IMG/VR virus record: IMGVR_UViG_3300030102_006934
Coordinates: 124,001-188,000 of that record
Direction: 5' to 3' (one strand)
DNA length: 64,000 nucleotides
Numbering within the stretch: position 1 is the first letter of the stretch; each line of letters opens with the position of its first letter. Positions 1 to 10,358 of this stretch are shown here, one piece after another. A model generated the notes under the pieces. That model made no database searches. It was not told the origin of the DNA and was given only the letters and a program-made list of their open reading frames with translations. Position numbers and translations under genes: made by a program.

Positions 1-16
1 AGAAGTTTTTAGTGGT

Positions 17-211
17 ATGATAGAAGGTTTGGGAGAAGTTTTGGTAGATTTAGACTTTATAAAAAATAAAGAAGGTGATGTAAAAATCTATAAAAAATAT
101 AATAAACATCTATATGCCGATAATCATTTAAATACTTTAATTAACAAATTAGAAGATGTTATCAATGAATTAAGTTTCTTAGTAGAGGGTGAAGATACTG
201 AAGATGTTTAA
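17..211 (+). CDS. hypothetical protein, probably 5'-truncated by the window edge
   Basis: ORF track; frame is open back to the window start; no recognisable motif. Confidence 0.5.
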   Translation: MIEGLGEVLVDLDFIKNKEGDVKIYKKYNKHLYADNHLNTLINKLEDVINELSFLVEGEDTEDV

Positions 212-222
212 CATTACTTATA

Positions 223-1344
223 TTGAGTAAAATACATAAATTAAATAAAAATAATAACCAAGAACTACTATTGTGGTTAAACTCTTTGTGCGAACCCAAC
301 GATAGTGTTTTTTGTAAACCAAATAAGGGTTTAATATTCTTATCTGAAAACTTACCCAGAAACTACCCACTAAATAATTTTATAAAAGACATAAAAATCA
401 TATACAAAGAACTTAAACCATATGGTAATAACAATATGGTTATTTTTAGGGGTTTAATAGAGAATATAATAAACCTAGATACACCAATAAACACCATAAA
501 AATAATATCTGAATACGTTAAAAGAGCTGACAATAGTGAAGATATAAAATCAAAGTTAAGGAAATTTAAAGAAGGTGATTGGTCACCCACTAGTTTGGAT
601 GATTTTATTAAAAGAACAAAACACCAAACCTACAATGAGTATGAAAATTCTTTTAATGGTGATAATTTTGAATCACATAGAACTAGATTAATTTTAAATT
701 TCAAAAAAGAGGAAGGAATTAACAACGTAGAGACTATTAAAAAAATATTAAAAGAAGATAAAAATAATACACCTAAAATAGCGAAAGACTTATATAAAAA
801 TATTATAGATAATTTTGTGGGTGATTTAGTAAAGTCTGACCTTAAATGTGTTAAAAATATTTTAGACACTGAAGGTAACCTTGTGATAGAAAAGGGTGAC
901 TTAGTCGAGGTTAAGAAAATAGATTATGAAGCCGATAGTTATTTGTCAGAATTTTTTAGTGTTTATAAGAGTAGTGTGGATAAATTGCCAAGTTACGCGA
1001 AAAAAAGAGGTTTTAAGGATAATTATAATGATTTAATTGATAGTGTCTATAATTTACTTTTAAAAAACGATGGTGGTATAATAAATTCGGTGAAAGATAG
1101 TTTCGTGGGTATTATTTACGATGAAAATATCTTTATAAAAAAAGAAAATTTAGAGTTATACTGGAGTAACAAAGGCAGGTCTAGTTGTGAGTCAGACCAC
1201 AGATTATCTATTAGGTATAGGGTTGTTAAAAAAGGTAATAAACCAATATATGGTTATGTCTACAAAGAAGGTGAACCATTACAGAAAGTAAAGTTAAATA
1301 TTCCCAACATAAACAAACAAAAAGTTTATTGTAAATGTAATTAA
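223..1344 (+). CDS. hypothetical protein (373 aa, TTG start)
   Basis: long ORF with phage-like K/N-rich composition; no motif recognised. Confidence 0.6.
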   Translation: MSKIHKLNKNNNQELLLWLNSLCEPNDSVFCKPNKGLIFLSENLPRNYPLNNFIKDIKIIYKELKPYGNNNMVIFRGLIENIINLDTPINTIKIISEYVKRADNSEDIKSKLRKFKEGDWSPTSLDDFIKRTKHQTYNEYENSFNGDNFESHRTRLILNFKKEEGINNVETIKKILKEDKNNTPKIAKDLYKNIIDNFVGDLVKSDLKCVKNILDTEGNLVIEKGDLVEVKKIDYEADSYLSEFFSVYKSSVDKLPSYAKKRGFKDNYNDLIDSVYNLLLKNDGGIINSVKDSFVGIIYDENIFIKKENLELYWSNKGRSSCESDHRLSIRYRVVKKGNKPIYGYVYKEGEPLQKVKLNIPNINKQKVYCKCN

Positions 1345-1362
1345 ATTATATGTAATTTATAG

Positions 1363-1370
1363 ATATTTAT
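1363..1370 (+). promoter_or_regulatory. putative phage late promoter ATATTTAT (representative copy; all copies listed in findings)
   Basis: motif recurs in sense orientation just upstream of about 19 transcription units on both strands. Confidence 0.7.
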
Positions 1371-1379
1371 TTATAAGTT

Positions 1380-2924
1380 ATGAAAAATATAATAAAAGAA
1401 GAGTTATTAGTTAAAGTCTTATTAGAGGGTAGATTAGAAGACGTTGTTAACAAATATGCCGATAATCAAGATGATGTTGATGACATACTCTATTTTTCAA
1501 AAAACGATCCATCTGGTAATAATAAATATTTAAAATGGATGGCGAACCAATGGTTAAAACCAGTACCAACTGGTGGAGCCAATAATAAAGGGGATATAGT
1601 TTTAGTTGTTAAATCTTTCCACGAAAATCTACAAAGAATAAATAATAAAGATATTAATAGTTACAAAACTTTTGGTGAATTAAAAAAAGTAACCGATGAG
1701 GCTGAAGAAAAGAAAAAAGAGGCTGAAGAAAAGAAAGCGGTTAAAAATCAAAAAGTTGTAATTTATAATGACGATGATTGGTTGGTCGTGTCCCCATTAT
1801 CGTGGGAAGCTTCTTGTTACTACGGTGCTGGAACAAAGTGGTGTGTGGCCTCAAAACAAACTGACACCCATTGGAAAGGTTACAATAAAAGATCTACCTT
1901 TTTTTATGTGATAGATAAAAATAAAAATCAAAAAGACCCACTTTATAAAGTCGCTTACAGAATGTTAAAGGATAATAGAAGGGAGTTTTGGGATGCTGAG
2001 GATTTAGAGTTTAGTAAACAAGAAAGGGGTGAGACATGGTTCGAAAGATTACCCAAAAGAATGATAGATAATCTTAATCAATATCACATGGATAATTATC
2101 CAACACGTCCCACTGATACTGAATGGATCGATGATGATAATCGAGCACAGGCTTTAGAAAATTTACTTGGACACAGTAATATCACTCCAGTCGAAAATGA
2201 TTTATGGTACAAATTAAGAATTTATTTAGATGAAAATGATAATCAGTACTATGCTGTTGGTGATGAAGATGATATAGAAGAATCTATACAAGAATATTAC
2301 GAAATGATGGATGAAAGTGAGATATTTCAAATAATGGATCCAAGTAGTTTAGAAAGTCATATATCAATGGACGATTCAAGAGGTTACGCGGAGGAAGAAG
2401 CTACATATATGTTAGATGGCTTTGATGACCGTGAAATATGTGTAGAAAAGGGTAGAGGTTTAGACTATGATAATCTACAATCTGAAATCGAAGATTTAGA
2501 TAGTGATATAGATAGCCTTGAGTCAGACCAAAGACAATACGCAGAAACCGAAGAAGAGATAGAAGAAATAGATGAACAAATAACTGATTTGGAGATGCAG
2601 AGAGATGATAAAGAAGGTGAATTCGAACAGTTAATTGAAGACTGTAAAACAGACTATGTGGATGATAAAGCAGATGAAATAGAGTATCAAATAGACACTT
2701 ATGGTCCTGTAGATTATTTCATCAATGAACTAGGTCATTTTAAGGGTATAGCTCAAATGATGGGGGTAGGTGGTTTTTCGTTTGATCGGGATGATTGGAT
2801 TTCTAATGAGATTTTAGTATATACAACAGGTGATATGGCTTATACTATTTTTGAGGACGACTTTACCACTGAAGATGATGACGAAGGTGGCGAACATTAC
2901 CTAGGTAAAATAAGTTACCAATAA
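1380..2924 (+). CDS. YGxGTKWC-domain protein (tentatively PcfJ-like) with acidic coiled-coil C-terminus; putative head cargo
   Basis: DPSGNNKYLKWM...WLVVSPLSWEASCYYGAGTKWCVAS...YVIDK; paralogous to 33685-34425; leader MKNIIKEE..VLLE. Confidence 0.55.
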   Translation: MKNIIKEELLVKVLLEGRLEDVVNKYADNQDDVDDILYFSKNDPSGNNKYLKWMANQWLKPVPTGGANNKGDIVLVVKSFHENLQRINNKDINSYKTFGELKKVTDEAEEKKKEAEEKKAVKNQKVVIYNDDDWLVVSPLSWEASCYYGAGTKWCVASKQTDTHWKGYNKRSTFFYVIDKNKNQKDPLYKVAYRMLKDNRREFWDAEDLEFSKQERGETWFERLPKRMIDNLNQYHMDNYPTRPTDTEWIDDDNRAQALENLLGHSNITPVENDLWYKLRIYLDENDNQYYAVGDEDDIEESIQEYYEMMDESEIFQIMDPSSLESHISMDDSRGYAEEEATYMLDGFDDREICVEKGRGLDYDNLQSEIEDLDSDIDSLESDQRQYAETEEEIEEIDEQITDLEMQRDDKEGEFEQLIEDCKTDYVDDKADEIEYQIDTYGPVDYFINELGHFKGIAQMMGVGGFSFDRDDWISNEILVYTTGDMAYTIFEDDFTTEDDDEGGEHYLGKISYQ

Positions 2925-2965
2925 TCTTTCTGATTGATTAGATATTTATAAATAAAAAAAAGAAA

Positions 2966-5900
2966 ATGCCAATAAATTGCCCATTAGTATTAAGAACAAT
3001 TAAAGGTAGTAAATTAACTTTTAACGAATTAGACGGAAATTTTTTAAATCTTAGAAGTTGTTTATACCAATTAGAAAGTCAAATAACAACACAAGATAAT
3101 TTTGTAACAGGAGGTACTTATAATTCAACCACAGCATCCTTAGATTTTGATGGTACCGTTGGATTTACACCTTTCTCTGTGGATGTATCTTCATTAGATT
3201 CAGATAATAATGTTTTTGTTAATAGTGGAAACGCAAACGTTGCCACACAACAATTAACATTCACAAATACCACGGGAGGTACATTTAATGTTACCAATGC
3301 TGCAGCACTTTACAGTGATAACGATATTAATGTAACTGGTGGGACATATAACCCAACCAATGGTTGTGTCACATTTAGTACAAATAGTGGGTCAACTTTT
3401 GATATTTGTGGTTTTGTAACTGGGTTAACCGATACATTTATTACAGGTGCTACTTTAGTGGGAACTGTATTAGAATTAGAAAGAAATAATGGTTTGTCAG
3501 ATGTTACCGTAGATTTATCACCGTTAAGTGGGATAAGTGAAAATAACTTTGTAACTGGAGGTACATTTAATTCTGGTTCTGGAACACTATCATTATTTAA
3601 TAATAATGGTGATACTTTTAATGTCACTGGTTTTACTTCTGGTGGGGGTTCGGGTGGTGTTATAACTACTAAAAATATTTTACATGGTTTAATCACAAAT
3701 TTTGCGAGTGGTTCTAACCCCGAATTTGTAGATTGGTCAGGTACTTTGAGTCCGAGTGGGACTCATAATTCGTCATTACCCATTCCGTTTGATTTAACAA
3801 TAAAGCGGATAATGTTAAAATATTTAGATACTACATCAGCAAGTGTGGACGCCACTTTTAATTATGAAGTAAGTATTGGGAGGTTGTCTTCTAATACGGA
3901 TTCATCTGAAGATGTTAATTATGTAGATTATGTGGGAGGTTCAAATGTTGTAACCTTAACAAATGCAAATATAAATGGGACACATTTTTATAGTGATACA
4001 GGTGGTTTAAGTATTGATGTAAGTGCAGGAGATGTACTTGTGGTTAAAGGTGATAAGACTGCTGGTAATAATACAGGGGGATCTAACGAAGAGGTAATGG
4101 TTTCCATCGAATATGAAAAAACATATACAGGTACTGGTGGTGGAGCAGATACTTTCGTTACAGGAGCAACCCTAAATGGTACAGATCTAGAGATAGATAG
4201 AAATCATGGAGAACCACAAATTATAGTAGATTTATCACCGTTAAGTGCAAGTACAGTATATTGGGTTAAAGAAAATGATGGTTTGATAAGTGACTTTGCT
4301 AATGAAGGTGCTTTCTTGAGTTCATCTCCAGGTTCTGTAATAATGGGTGGTACACTTAATAGTAACTTCATAGATGACAGTAATAACTCAGTGATTCTTG
4401 GTTCTGTGGGTTCTAATGAAATAATTTCTGGTTCTTCTTCTACTATTATGTCTTCATTTGGTTCAGAAATAATAAACGAATCATACGCAGTAATAGTTGG
4501 TGGTACTATGAATAGTGTGAGTCGTACTAACCCTGGTGCGAATTCTACTTCCGAAGTTATCTTAGGTTCTAGTAATAGTGAAATAATAAACACTAATGGT
4601 GCTGCTATTATTGGTTTGGGTGGGGGGTTAATAGATGAGTCTTTTACGTCTAGTCTAATCGGTGGTTTTCAAAATGTCATAGATTCATCTAGTAGTTCGG
4701 TTATAGTTGGTGGTGTTATGAATAAACTAGATGGTATTAGTAGGTCAGTAATTTTAGGTGGTAATAATATTACTGGTACTACTAACGATACGGTTTATGT
4801 CCCTAATTTAAACATTGGAACTATTGGTAGTGGTACTCCATTGATAAATTTAGGATTAGATACTAATGGATTTGTTGTTACTGGAACTACGGGTAGTAGT
4901 AGTGGTGGAACAGATACTTTCGTTACAGGAGCCACCCTAAATGGTACGGATTTAGAGATAGATAGGAACAACGGACAATCTCAAATCACAGTAGACTTAA
5001 GTTCATTAGCTTCAGATAATAACGTTTTTGTTAATAGTGGAAACGCAGATTTTGCCACCCAACAATTAACATTCACAAACACTACAGGAGGTACTTTTAA
5101 CGTTACTAACGCAGCAGCACTTTACAGTGATAACGATATTAATGTAACAGGTGGTACTTATGATTTAACTACTGGGTGTGTTACATTTGGTACAAACAGT
5201 GGAACCACTTTTGATGTCTGTGGTTTCATAAGTGGTTTTACAGATACATTTACTACAGGTGGTACTTACGATAACACTACTGGTGAAATCACCTTTACTA
5301 AATCAGATAGTTCTACTTATGAGGTTGATTTGGGGGTTGTGTCTAATGTTACAGGATTTACATATTTAAATAATAATTTTACAATAAGTCAAAATAGTGG
5401 TTTACCAGATTTAGTATCAAACATTAGTGTTATGACAGGTTTAACTGTTAATGGTCAAACAACTATGTCAGGGGATAATCAAAATTTATTAAGTATAATA
5501 GGTTCTGGAGGTACGGAACCATTGTTAACAGTAGAAGGGTCCAATGGGGAACTATTTAGTATAAGTGATAATTTAACGGGTTCTTTATTTTCAGTTAGTG
5601 ATATATCTGGATTACCGATATTAGAGGTTTACGATGATGACACTGTCCATATAGGTAACTATCAAGCACCTTGTCTCAACACCACAGTAAAAACTAGTTA
5701 TAGTAGTGGACCCGCAGTAAAAACTATTTATTCCGTTCCTATAAGTGCTTACACTGGAGCTTTCTTTGATTACACAGTTTCTCACCCATTGGGTGTTAGA
5801 GCTGGTACTATAATGTCTATTTGGAGTGGTTCTACTGTTGAGTATAGGGAAAACGTTACAAACGATATAGGTTCCACAACACCATTAACACTTAGTGTCA

Positions 5901-5989
5901 CCTCTGATGGTTCAGAAGCTTCATTAATAGGAACATTAACTGGTACTACTGCAGGTTGGGTGGTTAAGACAATTGTAAGAAGTATATAA
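2966..5989 (+). CDS. Thr/Gly/Ser-rich virion fibre or appendage protein (1007 aa)
   Basis: N-terminal LRTIKGSKLTFNELDGNF as in phage fibre anchors; many TGGT/TGAT repeats; beta-helix-like S-x-I-x-GG repeats; internal duplications. Confidence 0.7.
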   Translation: MPINCPLVLRTIKGSKLTFNELDGNFLNLRSCLYQLESQITTQDNFVTGGTYNSTTASLDFDGTVGFTPFSVDVSSLDSDNNVFVNSGNANVATQQLTFTNTTGGTFNVTNAAALYSDNDINVTGGTYNPTNGCVTFSTNSGSTFDICGFVTGLTDTFITGATLVGTVLELERNNGLSDVTVDLSPLSGISENNFVTGGTFNSGSGTLSLFNNNGDTFNVTGFTSGGGSGGVITTKNILHGLITNFASGSNPEFVDWSGTLSPSGTHNSSLPIPFDLTIKRIMLKYLDTTSASVDATFNYEVSIGRLSSNTDSSEDVNYVDYVGGSNVVTLTNANINGTHFYSDTGGLSIDVSAGDVLVVKGDKTAGNNTGGSNEEVMVSIEYEKTYTGTGGGADTFVTGATLNGTDLEIDRNHGEPQIIVDLSPLSASTVYWVKENDGLISDFANEGAFLSSSPGSVIMGGTLNSNFIDDSNNSVILGSVGSNEIISGSSSTIMSSFGSEIINESYAVIVGGTMNSVSRTNPGANSTSEVILGSSNSEIINTNGAAIIGLGGGLIDESFTSSLIGGFQNVIDSSSSSVIVGGVMNKLDGISRSVILGGNNITGTTNDTVYVPNLNIGTIGSGTPLINLGLDTNGFVVTGTTGSSSGGTDTFVTGATLNGTDLEIDRNNGQSQITVDLSSLASDNNVFVNSGNADFATQQLTFTNTTGGTFNVTNAAALYSDNDINVTGGTYDLTTGCVTFGTNSGTTFDVCGFISGFTDTFTTGGTYDNTTGEITFTKSDSSTYEVDLGVVSNVTGFTYLNNNFTISQNSGLPDLVSNISVMTGLTVNGQTTMSGDNQNLLSIIGSGGTEPLLTVEGSNGELFSISDNLTGSLFSVSDISGLPILEVYDDDTVHIGNYQAPCLNTTVKTSYSSGPAVKTIYSVPISAYTGAFFDYTVSHPLGVRAGTIMSIWSGSTVEYRENVTNDIGSTTPLTLSVTSDGSEASLIGTLTGTTAGWVVKTIVRSI
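3200..5260 (+). repeat. intragenic duplications: ~3200-3445 with ~5012-5255, and ~4146-4230 with ~4911-4997
   Basis: near-identical DNA and peptides SDNNVFVNSGNA..AAALYSDNDINVTGGTY..CVTF..CGF and DTFVTGATLNGTDLEIDRN. Confidence 0.85.
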
Positions 5990-5991
5990 TT

Positions 5992-7077
5992 ATGGCTATT
6001 ATAGTAGAAGGTAAAAACGTACAAATATCACCTAAAGTTATAACAGATGGTTTAGTTTTTTATGTGGACCCATTTAACTTTAAATCTAGAGATAGAGATT
6101 TAGGTTTAACTGGTGGTACTATTTTTGACTTAACAAGTTCTTACCCCATGACTGGTACATTTGAGAATGAACCTACAATATCTAGTGATTTTAAATATAT
6201 AACTTTCGATGGCACTGATGATTTTATTCTATTTACTTCTAATTCTCTCGAATACCTTCAGTTACAACAACCATTTTATAGATACAAACCAAAAACATAT
6301 ACTATGTCAGCTTGGATTAAATCGGGTACAACAGGTCCTGGTGGTGTTATGTTTTGGGGTGGTGGTAATGATTATTTCCTAAAAACACCAGCATTAACCG
6401 CTAGTACGACATATACACCAGGAACTTACACGGGTGTTGTTGGTGAGAATTGGAGTGGAAAAACGGTTACACAGTCTAATAGAGATCTCCCCTCGTTTGA
6501 GGTTACGATAGATGGTAGTGGCTCAATAAGTAAAGTTGTTGCTGAAAGTATTAGAAGTATAGATGGTGGTGGTACGCCAGATAACCTAGGGGTTATTGTT
6601 AAATTATCTGGTGACACTATAGGTGGCACTACACCAGCAGATGACGCATACTTACTTTATAGGTCAGGTACATCTAGTCGTATGAGATGGGGGTTTTCTA
6701 TAGGGGTTAATTATGCTATGACGATAACAGACTCAATTAATAGAGTTACTTTTACTACAAATAGAGTGAGTAATGAACCGAATGAATGGAATTTAATTAC
6801 TATTACAGATACGGGAATATTAGAACCAAATAATTTAAAATGTTATGTTAATGGGGAATTGGTTAATCAAGCTGCCTCTACATTCTTAAATGGTTCACAA
6901 ATGAGACCTGGAACTATTAATTCAGGACAACTACATATTGGTAAGGGTGCTGCTTCTCTTTTTAGTAGTTTCTTGAAGGGTAGTTTAGGTGCTTGTATGG
7001 TATATGATAGAGCTTTAACTGGTGAAGAAATATTGAGGAATTATAATACAATAAAAAGTAGATTCGATTTATCATGA
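5992..7077 (+). CDS. LamG/concanavalin A-like virion protein
   Basis: ITDGLVFYVD, YITFDGTDD, TMSAWIK, YVNGEL, VYDRALTGEEILRNYN. Confidence 0.75.
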   Translation: MAIIVEGKNVQISPKVITDGLVFYVDPFNFKSRDRDLGLTGGTIFDLTSSYPMTGTFENEPTISSDFKYITFDGTDDFILFTSNSLEYLQLQQPFYRYKPKTYTMSAWIKSGTTGPGGVMFWGGGNDYFLKTPALTASTTYTPGTYTGVVGENWSGKTVTQSNRDLPSFEVTIDGSGSISKVVAESIRSIDGGGTPDNLGVIVKLSGDTIGGTTPADDAYLLYRSGTSSRMRWGFSIGVNYAMTITDSINRVTFTTNRVSNEPNEWNLITITDTGILEPNNLKCYVNGELVNQAASTFLNGSQMRPGTINSGQLHIGKGAASLFSSFLKGSLGACMVYDRALTGEEILRNYNTIKSRFDLS

Positions 7078-7874
7078 GTGTTTCAATTTCAAACAAATTA
7101 GTGACTAGGGGGCTGGAATTATACTTAGATTCGGCAAACCCTAAATCTTTCGTCCCTGGTAACACGTCTTTCGGTGGTCTACCTTTGTGGAATAGTATAG
7201 GTACCACAAATCAAGTTAACTTAGAAGGTGGTAATAGTTTTAATAATGATTTTGCTGGAGTAATAAATTTTGATGGGGTAGATGGTACCACTAGCCGGAG
7301 TAGATTTTTCTACCCCTCAATAAGAAATGGTGATGAGGTGGGTGAGACCGTTATCAAAGACTTTGAGTTAACTTTTGAAATGGTTTTTAGATTACTAGAG
7401 ACTGTACCTAGTGGTACCCCAACTAATCTTTTTAGGACCACAGCCTCATCGAGTGGTGTACAAATGCTACCATTATATAGAACAACAGCACCAGCTGATA
7501 ATAATTTTATTTCATCTGCTGGATATAAGAATGTTGGTGGGACTAAACAAACCCTATTTTCAATAAATGAATATGAAATAAATAAGTGGTACCATGTGAC
7601 TATGTCTATGAGGAAGACATCTCCCACAACGGGTGAGTGGTTACTATTAATAAATGGTAATGTAATAGAACATAGTACTTTGAATGATATCGATTTTTGG
7701 GGTAATTATAGTGAACTTAACATAAATGAATTAGGTAATCAAATAGAATCTATGCCTAACACAAACTATTTTTCCCATGATAAAGCAATTATTAGAGTTT
7801 ACAGGAAAGGATTGACATTAGATGAGTGTTTACAAAATTATAGGGTACTTAAAAAAAGATTTAAATTAAATTAA
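7074..7874 (+). CDS. LamG/concanavalin A-like virion protein
   Basis: VTRGLELYLDSANPKS, INFDGVD, KWYHVT, RVYRKGLT..ECLQNY; paralogous to the upstream gene. Confidence 0.75.
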   Translation: MSVSISNKLVTRGLELYLDSANPKSFVPGNTSFGGLPLWNSIGTTNQVNLEGGNSFNNDFAGVINFDGVDGTTSRSRFFYPSIRNGDEVGETVIKDFELTFEMVFRLLETVPSGTPTNLFRTTASSSGVQMLPLYRTTAPADNNFISSAGYKNVGGTKQTLFSINEYEINKWYHVTMSMRKTSPTTGEWLLLINGNVIEHSTLNDIDFWGNYSELNINELGNQIESMPNTNYFSHDKAIIRVYRKGLTLDECLQNYRVLKKRFKLN

Positions 7875-7876
7875 TT

Positions 7877-8143
7877 ATGTTGGATGCTGTTACTAAAAAT
7901 TCAGTTGATTTTACTAAAAGAAATTTTATGATTTTAGATGTGTCGGAAATTGGTTCTCTAAATTTTGGTGATATAATGGAGACCTCACCAGAAAGTCTTA
8001 GAAAATCTGTTAATGAAACAAAAACATTTGTTAAATGGAAAGGTGAAAAAATACCGAACTCAGTGAATAACTTAAAAACAAAAGTTGGTCCTTATTCTTA
8101 TGATGATATGATTAAAATATTGTCTACTCCCGAGTGGTCTTAA
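7877..8143 (+). CDS. small phage protein following the LamG genes (possible fibre chaperone)
   Basis: ETSPESLRKS..KTFVKW..ILSTPEW; tightly coupled to the LamG genes. Confidence 0.55.
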   Translation: MLDAVTKNSVDFTKRNFMILDVSEIGSLNFGDIMETSPESLRKSVNETKTFVKWKGEKIPNSVNNLKTKVGPYSYDDMIKILSTPEWS

Positions 8144-8285
8144 CCTCTAATACCCTTAAATAAAGTTCCATATTTATAAAGGAGTTTTCTCTACTCCAAT
8201 AATCAATAATATCTATCATATTAACCCTAGTATAAGGTCTGTCGTTTCTTTTTGGTGGGATAGAAGTTGATTTTATTTTTACCAT
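8124..8285 (-). CDS. small hypothetical protein (53 aa, not in ORF track) MVKIKSTSIPPKRNDRPY...KTTRE
   Basis: hand-translated; fills the gap; TATATTTG (Bacteroidota -7 box) on the - strand at 8309-8316. Confidence 0.45.
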   Translation of the reverse strand: MVKIKSTSIPPKRNDRPYTRVNMIDIIDYWSRENSFINMELYLRVLEVKTTRE

Positions 8286-8343
8286 GTTTTAAAATTTACT
8301 ATTTAACACAAATATAGTAAATTTATTTAAAATAAAGAAAAAT

Positions 8344-8556
8344 ATGGCAAAAAAAGATAAAGAAAGGGTTATACACCCTAATCATTATAATAGAGGTATA
8401 GAAATGTGGGATTATGCTCATTCACACAAACTAGACTTTTTCGAAGGTAACATTGTGAAATATGTTACTAGGTGGAAAGATAAAAATGGTTTAGAAGATT
8501 TAAAAAAAGCCAAACAATATTTAGACAAACTCATATCCTTAGAGAGTGGAGAATAA
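8344..8556 (+). CDS. DUF3310-like phage protein
   Basis: VIHPNHY..GIE..F.EGNIVKY..RW..KNGLEDLKKA..YL. Confidence 0.85.
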   Translation: MAKKDKERVIHPNHYNRGIEMWDYAHSHKLDFFEGNIVKYVTRWKDKNGLEDLKKAKQYLDKLISLESGE

Positions 8557-8626
8557 CATATAACCAATTGTTATTAAATGACGACATATTTATAGTAGAG
8601 TTTGATGACTAAAAATTGATAATTAA

Positions 8627-10030
8627 ATGGGTGGTATTAGAAATATAAAAAATTTAGCTAAAAGGTACAAGAAAGCCAAAATATATTTTCACCAAGATTT
8701 AGATGGTGTTACCACCGCTCTAGCTATGAAAGATTATTTAAAAAATAATGGCATAGATGTCGTTGACTCTGAAGTGATACAATATGGTGATAGGGAGTTT
8801 GCCGTTAAAAAACCTTCCGCCACTGGTGATGTGATGCCTGTTTTGGTTGATTTTTCTCACGGTAAACCGATGTTCATAATACATACAGACCACCACGATA
8901 GACAAATTGGGGCAGAAGATAATACATCTAAATCTTTTAGACAAGCTCGTTCAAACGTTGAAACTATATCACAAATTGTTTCCGATAAAGAGATATTCCC
9001 CTCAGATGATATTAAAATGATTTCTACTGTAGATAGCGCTGATTTCGCTAAACTAGGAATAAAACCAGAACAACTAATGAATTATATTTTTAAGTATAAC
9101 AATGAAAAAGACCTACTTAAAAATAAAATAGCTATGGCATTAGTAACAAATAAATTACTTTTAGCTTACAAAAACAAACCTAAGTTTTTAGAGTATTTAG
9201 TTATGAACTCAACCCCAAGTATTAAAAATATTTATCTAAATATAGTTAAAATGGCTAAAGAAGATGGTTATGTATCTCCAGAAGTAATGAAGTTGAATTT
9301 ACAAAATTATATTGAGTCTCAAAGTAAAAGTGATAAGGTAAACTATGATGAGGAATTCGGTATAATATCTCAATACGGTGGTGGAGCTTTATTCAAACCA
9401 GGTTCTTATGATAGGTATGTACCCTTTAAATTGTACCCAAAAGCCAATTTTTTAGTTATAGCTTGGCCTCTAGGATTATTACAAGCTTCTTGTAACCCAT
9501 TTAAAAAAGATAGAGAACTTAAAGGTGTTAATTTAGGGGAAATAGCTGATATAGTTTTAGAAAAATTTAAAGGAGAGTTAAAAGAAAAGAAAATAACAAT
9601 AGATAGTATAAAATATTTTGCTGAAAAAAGTAAGTACTTCAATGAGGATTCAGTGGGTTTTAATTTTAAAGATATGATATCTATGTTTGATGGTTCTGAT
9701 GATGGTATTATTGGTTTAGGTCAACCACCTGAAGGTACTTCAGAAGATTACACAACAGAAAGGTGGGTAGAAGCGATAAAAAAGGTTATGTCTAAACCAT
9801 ATGACTCCTTATCAAAAAGAGAATTAAAAGCTTTAAAAATGTTATCTGTTACGGGTTGGGATATGATTAAAGCCAACAGCGGTGGTCATAAATGTATTAC
9901 CAACATATCTGGATTAACTTACTTTGGTAAGGATGGTAAGGAGTTTTTGAAAAAATTTCAATCAGAGTTTGTTGATGAACTTAAAAGTAGGATTAGAAAT
10001 AGTAAATTAAAAGAGGGAATACATACCTAG
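8627..10030 (+). CDS. DHH-family phosphoesterase
   Basis: YFHQDLDG, VLVDF, HTDHHD and C-terminal GGH motifs; late motif at 8586. Confidence 0.75.
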   Translation: MGGIRNIKNLAKRYKKAKIYFHQDLDGVTTALAMKDYLKNNGIDVVDSEVIQYGDREFAVKKPSATGDVMPVLVDFSHGKPMFIIHTDHHDRQIGAEDNTSKSFRQARSNVETISQIVSDKEIFPSDDIKMISTVDSADFAKLGIKPEQLMNYIFKYNNEKDLLKNKIAMALVTNKLLLAYKNKPKFLEYLVMNSTPSIKNIYLNIVKMAKEDGYVSPEVMKLNLQNYIESQSKSDKVNYDEEFGIISQYGGGALFKPGSYDRYVPFKLYPKANFLVIAWPLGLLQASCNPFKKDRELKGVNLGEIADIVLEKFKGELKEKKITIDSIKYFAEKSKYFNEDSVGFNFKDMISMFDGSDDGIIGLGQPPEGTSEDYTTERWVEAIKKVMSKPYDSLSKRELKALKMLSVTGWDMIKANSGGHKCITNISGLTYFGKDGKEFLKKFQSEFVDELKSRIRNSKLKEGIHT

Positions 10031-10094
10031 AATCTTTGTAAGAAGAAAACTAGGATAATAACACTAAAATTTATTTAGTGAAAAATAATCTCTA

Positions 10095-10319
10095 ATGAGA
10101 TATAAAAAAAAAACGATTATGAATTGGAAAAATTTAAGAAAAGACTCTATACACATATTACAAATATTGTTTGGGTTGGTTATGTGTGTACTATACCCTT
10201 TTTGGTGGTATAATGGTTACTTAGATACTCTTTATCTGAAAATAGCTGTAGGTGTTGCTGCCTATGGTGGTTTTTTAGGTTCTTTGGTTTGGTATATAAG
10301 ACATAAAAAAAATAATTAA
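10095..10319 (+). CDS. small membrane protein (two predicted TM helices)
   Basis: hydrophobic stretches ILQILFGLVMCVLYPFWW and IAVGVAAYGGFLGSLVWYI. Confidence 0.6.
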   Translation: MRYKKKTIMNWKNLRKDSIHILQILFGLVMCVLYPFWWYNGYLDTLYLKIAVGVAAYGGFLGSLVWYIRHKKNN

Positions 10320-10322
10320 AAG

Positions 10323-10346
10323 ATAACCCCCATAAAGGGGGGTTAT
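10323..10346. terminator. hairpin terminator between convergent genes
   Basis: ATAACCCCC-ataaag-GGGGGTTAT. Confidence 0.7.
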
Positions 10347-10358
10347 TTAAATAACTAA

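Noticed and set aside
8170-8177. Extra ATATTTAT copies at 8170 and inside the MCP start (~31609)
   Set aside because: Not positioned just upstream of a start; chance matches are expected in AT-rich DNA.
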